In this document: piece after piece, positions 43,908 to 50,603 of the stretch
Position numbering within the stretch: position 1 is the first letter of the stretch
Layout: every line of letters starts with the position of its first letter
Assembly (NCBI RefSeq): GCF_988242995.1
Contig: NZ_OZ547043.1
Length of the DNA: 64,000 nucleotides
Reading direction: 5' to 3' (one strand)
Translations under genes and position numbers: made by a program
Notes under the pieces: generated by a model
Told to the model about the DNA's origin: nothing
Databases searched by the model: none
The model's input: the letters and a program-made list of their open reading frames with translations, nothing else

Positions 43908-45737
43908 CTACCTAATGATACCACGGTCAAGAGCCTGAGTAATTATTTTTCTTATTTTTATAAATTCAGGCAATTCATTTTTAAGTCTTGCGGTCATCAT
44001 TTGTTGGAGGCAAAAAATTTCCTCTGCATTTACTTCTTCTTTATCATACAGGTGTTGCGCTAATAATCTTATTTGATTCTTATACAGTTCTGGATCATTA
44101 GAACTCCAGGTCTGTGAATCAATTATTTCTTTTTCACTTGGCGTAATTGCCTTTTCAATGAGTAATTGTTCGGGAGTATCAAATGGTAAATACTTCACTT
44201 TATTGAATGCATACTCAAGCACTTGCCTTTTGAGTCTATTAGATTCTTGTTCATTTTTTTTGCCATTACTACCACTGGCATTGATAATTAACTCGCAACC
44301 ATAATATTTGCACATTGTATTAACTAAATCAGCATCAGCAATTTCACTAATTCTTACTGGTTTTATTTTTTTGTTTTTATCACCATCAAGTAAAAACAAA
44401 ATATCATTGCGTTCTACCACAGCGTAACTGGGAAGATGCTTGCTTAAAATGGTCTCCGAACCACCTGGTATATAACTTACACTAAATGATAAGCTTAATC
44501 TTTCATCATTTTTAATCGCTTTATCTATAATTGCTTTAGCTAATTTATCTTCTACAATTATTGTTTTCTTGTTAATATCATGCCCTAGCTCTATAAAAGC
44601 TTCATCCGGTGCTATATTTTGAACTATTTTAGCTGTTTCACTCTCTTCATCAAAAACAAATAATTTAATGGCATCTTTGGGAAGAGTGTTCACAATAACA
44701 GGAGAATGGGTTGATATTACCACTTGATGTTTTTTCTGCTCAACAATAGAGTACAGAACATCCATCATCCTTTTTTGTGCACCAGGGTGAAGTGAAACTT
44801 CTGGTTCGTCAAGAAGAATTAATGAATTAGGTTTGGCCGAATAAATATTGAGTATTAGTGAAACTATTGCAAATTCACCACTTCCAGCAAACGCTTCTGT
44901 ATAGTTCAACTTATCAGTTGAAAGTAAAGCGGTTCCTCCTCTGGTTCCAAATAACCGATGCTCAAGAAATTTAATGACTTTATATTTTTTCCCTAATATA
45001 AATGAGACGTGCTCAACTAGTTCTGGCGCCAAGGTTATATTTTTAACAATGGTTTCCGCCCCCCAGAGTCTTAAATTACTTAGCTTTTCATCAAAAGCTT
45101 TCTTTATATATTTAGATTTGCTTCTGATATAGTCTTGCTTTGTAATTAATACACCACTCTTCTTCTTTCTTAATTTAAAATCAGAGTGATACATACATCT
45201 ATCAAATGCACTTATTTCCGATCTGAAATCTAGGAAAACCAATCCCTTCTTGATTTTTTTCCATCTGGTTGCATTACTATTAGCACCCAGATCATCCGAA
45301 ATACTCTCCATGTTATCACCAACAGATGGTCGACTTGTTTCCCAATAATCGATTGTTTTCTTGGTAGCATTGATACGTGCTTGGAGTATTTCAACTAAAC
45401 GGCCATCAGCATTTTTATATCCATATATATATCTAGGTTTAAGAGAACTGCCATCAGCAAGTTTTAGGTCAGGAAACTCATCTGTTTCAGTTGTGAACCA
45501 ATAACGAGTTATATTTTTACCATGTGGGCAACCAAATAGCGCTTTGATAACAGAACTTTTATTAGTTCCATTTTTTCCTACTAAAGCCGTTATAGGGAAC
45601 TGAAAATCGATCCTTGCATTCTGCTCTATATTTTTAAAGTATGGAAAACGGATATGTTGTATGAATGGTTCAAATTCACCGTTTTTTAACGCGCACTGGA
45701 GTGTTCGAATTTTGCTCTTGTATGCGGAAGTGCTCAT
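43908..45737 (-). CDS. OLD-like ABC-type ATPase with C-terminal Toprim/DUF4435-like region (609 aa)
   Basis: Walker A-like VGKNGTNKSS (aa 53-62), SGE signature (286-288), Walker B LILLDEPE then SLHP (306-318), H-loop STHSP (342-346), then IIVED (393-397) and LLDGD (449-453). Very AT-rich. Confidence 0.8.
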   Translation of the reverse strand: MSTSAYKSKIRTLQCALKNGEFEPFIQHIRFPYFKNIEQNARIDFQFPITALVGKNGTNKSSVIKALFGCPHGKNITRYWFTTETDEFPDLKLADGSSLKPRYIYGYKNADGRLVEILQARINATKKTIDYWETSRPSVGDNMESISDDLGANSNATRWKKIKKGLVFLDFRSEISAFDRCMYHSDFKLRKKKSGVLITKQDYIRSKSKYIKKAFDEKLSNLRLWGAETIVKNITLAPELVEHVSFILGKKYKVIKFLEHRLFGTRGGTALLSTDKLNYTEAFAGSGEFAIVSLILNIYSAKPNSLILLDEPEVSLHPGAQKRMMDVLYSIVEQKKHQVVISTHSPVIVNTLPKDAIKLFVFDEESETAKIVQNIAPDEAFIELGHDINKKTIIVEDKLAKAIIDKAIKNDERLSLSFSVSYIPGGSETILSKHLPSYAVVERNDILFLLDGDKNKKIKPVRISEIADADLVNTMCKYYGCELIINASGSNGKKNEQESNRLKRQVLEYAFNKVKYLPFDTPEQLLIEKAITPSEKEIIDSQTWSSNDPELYKNQIRLLAQHLYDKEEVNAEEIFCLQQMMTARLKNELPEFIKIRKIITQALDRGIIR

Positions 45738-45885
45738 TGTTTACTAAAGTCCATAATAGGCTATTAACAGGTTGAGGATGACATGATAACGATTTTTAAT
45801 GCAGATAAAAGAGGTTTGTTGGTTAGCACACAACAGAAAAAGTGACCTTACCGCTTGAACGAAAGGTAAGGGTAAGTAGGCTGTG

Positions 45886-46038
45886 ATGCAGCAAAAGACG
45901 ATGTTAATCGCCCTGATTGTCATCTGTATTACCGTCGTTGTGATGGCACTGGTAACAAGGAAAGACTTCTGCGAGGTACAAATCCGAACCGGTCAGACGG
46001 AGGTCGCTGTCTTCACAGCTTACGAACCTGAGGAGTGA
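45886..46038 (+). CDS. hok: Hok/Gef-family type I toxin (50 aa)
   Basis: Hand translation gives MQQKTMLIALIVICITVVVMALVTRKDFCEVQIRTGQTEVAVFTAYEPEE, closely resembling my recollection of HokD/RelF. A downstream fbi-type hairpin GGCGAGGGA-GAAA-TCCCTCGCC lies at 46046-46067. Below the ORF-track cut-off. Confidence 0.88.
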   Translation: MQQKTMLIALIVICITVVVMALVTRKDFCEVQIRTGQTEVAVFTAYEPEE

Positions 46039-46144
46039 GAGACCAGGCGAGGGAGAAATCCCTCGCCACCTCTGATGAGTCAGGCATCCTCAACGCACCC
46101 GCACTTAACCAACTTTGGCGGGTATATTTTATCTGTGAATATTT

Positions 46145-46231
46145 TTATAAAAATAATGCCCACGCACAGCATAAAACAAAAAGTATTACAGATAAAAAAG
46201 GAACGTAATGTGCAGATTTGTTGTTTTCCAT
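46145..46231 (-). CDS. Possible 28-aa hydrophobic peptide
   Basis: AAGGTGAG lies 6 nt before the ATG (46231). Translation MENNKSAHYVPFLSVILFVLCCAWALFL has a polar head and one TM-length hydrophobic tail. No recognised homology. Confidence 0.3.
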   Translation of the reverse strand: MENNKSAHYVPFLSVILFVLCCAWALFL

Positions 46232-46503
46232 ATTTACTCACCTTAATATGATTAACCCTAATAGGGTTGTTATTTCAGCGGTTTTCAAATGAGATATTAT
46301 GGTGATCTGGCAGATTTGCATAACATTAAAATTTAATTTGTTTAACCGCTTTTAATAATAAGCGTTGTTTGTATCCCAGCAATCTGTTGTTTGGTTTTTA
46401 TTCCATTAAGGTGGGGCTTTACACTGGAGCCAGTTTATTTATACTTCATACGTCAGCCTGAACAACTGGCATCTGCTGCGCTGCGCCATCGAGAGATTAA
46501 GAA

Positions 46504-47103
46504 ATGGCGCATATACAACTGGTCAAACAAACCTCTTCCGGATTACTTCTCCCGGCGACGCCGGAGAGTTGTGATTTTCTGCATCAAATCAAAATAGGCG
46601 AGTGGATACACGCAGACTTTAAGCGTGTGCGTAACTACGCATTCCACAAGCGTTTTTTCAAACTCCTGCAACTGGGATTCGATTACTGGACTCCGGTCGG
46701 TGGGGCGATCACGCCTCGCGAACGAGAACAGCTGTCTGGTTTCGTTGATTACCTGTGCGAATCAGTTGGTCGGGAACACACGCCAGCCCTGAGTGATGCC
46801 GCAGAGCAATATCTGAATACAGTTGCGACACGCAGAACCCGGGATACGGCATTGCTAAAGTCGTTTGAGGCTTTTCGCGAGTGGGTAACCATTCAGGCTG
46901 GATTTTACACCGAACATTTTTATCCGGACGGTAGCCGCGGGCGTCGGGCAAAATCTATCGCTTTTGCGAATATGGACGAAACCGAGTTTCAGCAGGTTTA
47001 TAAATCTGTTCTGAATGTGCTGTGGAACTGGATTCTGTTCCGTAAATTTTCCTCTCCGGAACAAGTCGAAAATGTGGCCGCGCAGCTGCTGGAGTTTGCG
47101 TAA
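46504..47103 (+). CDS. nin-region phage protein (DUF1367-like, YbcN-position)
   Basis: 199 aa, MAHIQLVKQTSSGLLLPATPESCDFLHQIKIGEWIHADFKRVRNYAFHKRFF.... ATGG overlap with the next gene. Assigned by resemblance to lambdoid nin-region proteins. Confidence 0.7.
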   Translation: MAHIQLVKQTSSGLLLPATPESCDFLHQIKIGEWIHADFKRVRNYAFHKRFFKLLQLGFDYWTPVGGAITPREREQLSGFVDYLCESVGREHTPALSDAAEQYLNTVATRRTRDTALLKSFEAFREWVTIQAGFYTEHFYPDGSRGRRAKSIAFANMDETEFQQVYKSVLNVLWNWILFRKFSSPEQVENVAAQLLEFA

Positions 47104-47393
47104 TGGTGGATTTACGTAAAGCGGCGCGGGGGCAGATGTGCACCGTCAGAATTCCTGGCTACTGCAATCACAATCCCGAAACATCTGTGCTGGCGCATTA
47201 CAGGCTGGCGGGGACGTGCGGAACAGCGACAAAACCACACGATATGCAGGCAGCGATTGCCTGTAGCTCATGCCACGATTTAATCGACGGGCGGGTAAAA
47301 ACCAGCGATTACACCAAAGAAGAATTACGCCTGATGCATGCAGAAGGTGTTTTTCGCACACAAGAAATCTGGAGAAAGGAAGGTTATTTATGA
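47103..47393 (+). CDS. YbcO-like (DUF1364) putative nuclease
   Basis: 96 aa, MVDLRKAARGQMCTVRIPGYCNHNPETSVLAHYRLAG...ACSSCHDLIDGR. Resembles DLP12 YbcO as I recall it (Cys/His metal site). Confidence 0.8.
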   Translation: MVDLRKAARGQMCTVRIPGYCNHNPETSVLAHYRLAGTCGTATKPHDMQAAIACSSCHDLIDGRVKTSDYTKEELRLMHAEGVFRTQEIWRKEGYL

Positions 47394-47932
47394 TTTACCC
47401 AACAAATACAGGCAAAAGCGGGGAACACCTTCGTCTCACCACGCTGGAAAGTGTCTGGATTCAGGGAAAACTGCGCATGTGGGGGCGCTGGTCGTATATT
47501 GGCGGCGGTAAGACGGGAAATATGTTTAACCAGTTGCTGGCATCCAAAAAATTGACGAAAACAGCCGTCAATGAAGCCCTGCGCAGGATGAAAAAAGCGG
47601 GAATAGAGAAACCTGAGCTGGAAGCGTTTTTGCGAGAGATGATCAATGGCAAGCAAAAGACCTGGCTGGCGCATTGTACTGATGCAGAGGCGTTATGTAT
47701 TGATAGAGTCATAAGTGAGGTGCTGGCAGAGCATCCTGGATTGATTAGTGTCCTCCGGCAACGGTATGAAGGACGGGGGATGACTAAGCGCAAAATGGCT
47801 GAATTGCTAAATGATGCACATCCTGAGTGGTGTTTTAGCACATGCGAAAAGCGAATTGCTAATTGGTTGGCTGTTGCTGAGTATGCCCTATATATTCCCA
47901 TGCGAGAATTATTTGCTCAAAAAATAGCTTGA
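47390..47932 (+). CDS. Late-gene antiterminator Q
   Basis: ATGA overlap with the previous stop. 180 aa, MIYPTNTGKSGEHLRLTTLESVWIQGKLRMWGRWSYIGGGKTGNMFNQLL.... Positioned before a tR'-like terminator and the lysis genes. The track ORF has a spurious 40-codon extension. Confidence 0.8.
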   Translation: MIYPTNTGKSGEHLRLTTLESVWIQGKLRMWGRWSYIGGGKTGNMFNQLLASKKLTKTAVNEALRRMKKAGIEKPELEAFLREMINGKQKTWLAHCTDAEALCIDRVISEVLAEHPGLISVLRQRYEGRGMTKRKMAELLNDAHPEWCFSTCEKRIANWLAVAEYALYIPMRELFAQKIA

Positions 47933-48015
47933 TTTTTTACGCATAAACTGCTTCAATTCCGGTATGCTTCGCAAAGCTGTATCGCGAGGCGAACCAAGCG
48001 CATGAACTTTACCAG

Positions 48016-48040
48016 AACCCGCCATTGAGCGGGTTTTGTT
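48016..48040 (+). terminator. tR'-like intrinsic terminator downstream of Q
   Basis: AACCCGC-CATTGA-GCGGGTT followed by TTGTT. The IS200 copy-2 left end starts at or within its T-tract. Confidence 0.65.
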
Positions 48041-48751
48041 GTGCACAGAAAACCCCCAGCTAGGCTGGGGGTTCCGGAAAGCTTTCAGCTTTGAGCCAGT
48101 TATTAAAACCCCTTTTGATTTGTTAAAACACTTTGCGGTCTGGCAACTGCAAGTGTCAAACAAGAAATCAAAAGGGGGTCCCAATGGGGAACGAAAAGAG
48201 CTTAGCGCACACCCGATGGAACTGTAAATATCACATAGTTTTTGCGCCAAAATACCGAAGACAGGTGTTCTACAGAGAGAAGCGTAGAGCAATAGGCAGT
48301 ATTTTGAGAAAGCTGTGTGAGTGGAAAAGCGTACGGATTCTGGAAGCTGAATGCTGTGCAGATTATATCCATATGCTTGTGGAGATCCCGCCCAAAATGA
48401 GCGTATCCGGCTTTATGGGATATCTGAAAGGGAAAAGCAGTCTGATGCTTTACGAGCAGTTTGGTGATTTGAAATTCAAATACAGGAACAGGGAGTTCTG
48501 GTGCAGAGGGTACTACGTCGATACAGTGGGTAAGAACACGGCGAAGATACAGGATTACATAAAGCACCAGCTTGAAGAGGATAAAATGGGAGAGCAGTTA
48601 TCGATTCCCTATCCGGGCAGCCCGTTTACGGGCCGTAAGTAACGAAGTTGGATGCAAATGTCAGATCGTGTGCGCCTGTTAGGGCGCGGCTGGTAAGAGA
48701 GCCTTATAGGCGCATTTGAAAAACCTCCGGCTATGCCGGAGGATATTTATT
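48039..48751 (+). mobile_element. IS200-type insertion sequence, copy 2
   Basis: Identical block to 35625-36337, in the same orientation. Inserted between the Q/tR' region and the lysis region. Confidence 0.93.
48184..48642 (+). CDS. tnpA: IS200 Y1 transposase TnpA (copy 2)
   Basis: Same 152-aa product as copy 1. Confidence 0.93.
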   Translation: MGNEKSLAHTRWNCKYHIVFAPKYRRQVFYREKRRAIGSILRKLCEWKSVRILEAECCADYIHMLVEIPPKMSVSGFMGYLKGKSSLMLYEQFGDLKFKYRNREFWCRGYYVDTVGKNTAKIQDYIKHQLEEDKMGEQLSIPYPGSPFTGRK

Positions 48752-48864
48752 GTTTCTGGTACTGGCGAACCTGATGTTTCATTTCTGGAGCGCGATTCCT
48801 GGCGGAATACCTAGAATCGAGACATTCTGGTAAAATTGTTTTCAGTACAGGATGTGGAGGTGAG

Positions 48865-49434
48865 ATGAGAGAACTACCTAAAGATTATTTTTTAGGAGTA
48901 GATGATGAGCTCGTCGATTATCTTGAAAAACAAGGGGAAGAGACGATACGAGAGATTCATCTTTCTAACAAAACCAATGTTGAGAATGGATACAAACTTC
49001 TGAACATTCAGATTGTTGGAATTGGTTCATCTTTTTTATTGCTGACACAGAAAACTAATTTCGATTTTCTCACCGCCGGAATTACCACATTTACATTACT
49101 ATGGACATGGTGCGCCATTTACTTGGTATGTACTGGTTTATCTGTGAAGGTTAGGGGCCTGATCAATGCCCCTCCTGATCATCTATATCATGAAAAATAT
49201 AAGGATATGGAGCCCTCGAGCTTTAAAATATTCGCTGATGCAGGATATTTAGGACCTGATAAGTTATTGCCGCTTATACGAAGGTATCGCCTTGTTGACT
49301 TGAGTGATACAGCAAGAGAGTTACTGTTGGAAAATGAGAAAATCCGCACGAGTCTCGATAAAGCAAGGATGTATACCATCCTTGCTCCGGTAGCGGCGAT
49401 GTTTATCTCGGCTGTTTTTTTATATGTTCAATGA
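48865..49434 (+). CDS. Hypothetical membrane protein (189 aa), a moron between Q and the holin
   Basis: GGAGGTGAG lies before the ATG. AT-rich. Hydrophobic segments are IVGIGSSFLLLT, GITTFTLLWTWCAIYLVCTGL and ILAPVAAMFISAVFLYV. No recognised family. Confidence 0.65.
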   Translation: MRELPKDYFLGVDDELVDYLEKQGEETIREIHLSNKTNVENGYKLLNIQIVGIGSSFLLLTQKTNFDFLTAGITTFTLLWTWCAIYLVCTGLSVKVRGLINAPPDHLYHEKYKDMEPSSFKIFADAGYLGPDKLLPLIRRYRLVDLSDTARELLLENEKIRTSLDKARMYTILAPVAAMFISAVFLYVQ

Positions 49435-49564
49435 CTGAGTCGGCAGAATCTCCAACAAAAACACGACGTGTAGCAAAGTCTGTAGTACTTTGTGTTGGAG
49501 TTGGTTTTGGTGCCACGGGGTGCTGAGGTTTATTTTCACCTTGTGGTTTGTTTTTTTCAGACAT
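49403..49564 (-). CDS. Possible 53-aa Pro/Lys-rich protein, convergent with the 189-aa gene
   Basis: AGAGGA lies 6 nt before ATG 49564. Translation MSEKNKPQGENKPQHPVAPKPTPTQSTTDFATRRVFVGDSADSVIEHIKKQPR. Its 3' end overlaps the 189-aa ORF by 32 nt. Confidence 0.35.
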   Translation of the reverse strand: MSEKNKPQGENKPQHPVAPKPTPTQSTTDFATRRVFVGDSADSVIEHIKKQPR

Positions 49565-49781
49565 AAAAATCCTCTTTGTTTGAATTGTTACTTTTGGCGA
49601 TTTAACGATATCAAACACGAGTATATACCGCCAGAAGCTTAATCTGGCACTCCATCTGACCCCGGCATGTCCCGGGGCTTTTTCGTTGTTAGGCTCCGGA
49701 AACATCCTCGACTTCTTGTTAGCAAGCCTGAGAGCCTGAATCTTACACTTAGCACCATCCGAACTCTCGGAGGTGAGGCTT

Positions 49782-50123
49782 ATGAAAATGCACAATGCCC
49801 CTCATTCCTGGCCTGACTTACTGGAACTCTTACAAAGTTGGTGGCGTGGAGATACGCCGCTGGGTGCAGTGGTTATGTCAATTATTATGGCTGGTTTGCG
49901 CATTGCCTATTTTGGCGGTGGCGGCGGCTGGAAACGAAAAACGCTTGAGATTCTGCTTTGTGGTGCTCTGACGCTGACCTTTGCATCCGCGCTTGAGTAT
50001 GTCGGATGGCCTAAATCACTTTCTGTTGCCATTGGTGGTGGGGTGGGGCTGATTGGTGTTGATGCTATTCGTAGTGCGGCAATGAGGGTCATCGGTAACA
50101 AGTTCGGTGCCCATAAGGAGTAA
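49782..50123 (+). CDS. Lambda S-like class I holin with dual-start motif
   Basis: GGAGGTGAGG lies before the ATG. MKMHNAPHSW... carries a Met1-Lys2-Met3 dual start like lambda S107/S105. Three hydrophobic helices and a charged C-terminus. Confidence 0.88.
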   Translation: MKMHNAPHSWPDLLELLQSWWRGDTPLGAVVMSIIMAGLRIAYFGGGGGWKRKTLEILLCGALTLTFASALEYVGWPKSLSVAIGGGVGLIGVDAIRSAAMRVIGNKFGAHKE

Positions 50124-50126
50124 TTA

Positions 50127-50603
50127 ATGCAGACACTTAATTCCCAGCGTAAAGCTTTCCTTGATATGGTGGCATGGTCAGAAGGAACAGATAACGGACG
50201 GCAGAAAACCAGAAATCACGGTTATGATATTATTGTCGGTGGCGAACTGTTCACTGATTACTCCGATCACCCCCGCAAACTTGTCACGCTAAATCCGAAA
50301 CTCAAATCAACAGCCGCTGGACGTTACCAGCTTCTTTCACGCTGGTGGGATGCCTACCGCAAGCAACTTGGCCTGAAAGATTTTTCTCCAGAAAGTCAGG
50401 ATGCTGTAGCGCTGCAGCAGATTAAAGAGCGTGGCGCTTTGCCGATGATTGATCGCGGTGATATCCGTCAGGCTATCGACCGTTGCAGCAATATATGGGC
50501 TTCACTGCCGGGCGCTGGTTATGGTCAGTTCGAGCATAAGGCTGACAGTCTGATTGCAAAATTCAAAGAAGCTGGCGGAACGGTCAGAGAGATTGAGGTA
50601 TGA
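50127..50603 (+). CDS. Lambda R-type endolysin (lytic transglycosylase)
   Basis: 158 aa, ...[49 protein letters not shown].... Nearly colinear with lambda R as I recall it. Confidence 0.95.
   Translation: MQTLNSQRKAFLDMVAWSEGTDNGRQKTRNHGYDIIVGGELFTDYSDHPRKLVTLNPKLKSTAAGRYQLLSRWWDAYRKQLGLKDFSPESQDAVALQQIKERGALPMIDRGDIRQAIDRCSNIWASLPGAGYGQFEHKADSLIAKFKEAGGTVREIEV

Noticed and set aside
43885-43908. GTG-initiated 8-codon N-terminal extension of the methyltransferase ORF (track start 43908)
   Set aside because: The internal ATG at 43884 has a GAGGG SD and puts motif I at the usual distance from the N-terminus. The GTG would overlap the ATPase stop and has no SD.
46391-46597. 68-aa plus-strand ORF upstream of and overlapping the DUF1367-like gene
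   Set aside because: It has no SD and is out of frame with the well-supported 46504 start. It begins in AT-rich non-coding DNA.
47270-47389. 40-codon upstream extension of the Q ORF
   Set aside because: It lies entirely within the YbcO-like gene in another frame. The ATGA-coupled start at 47390 is the natural one.
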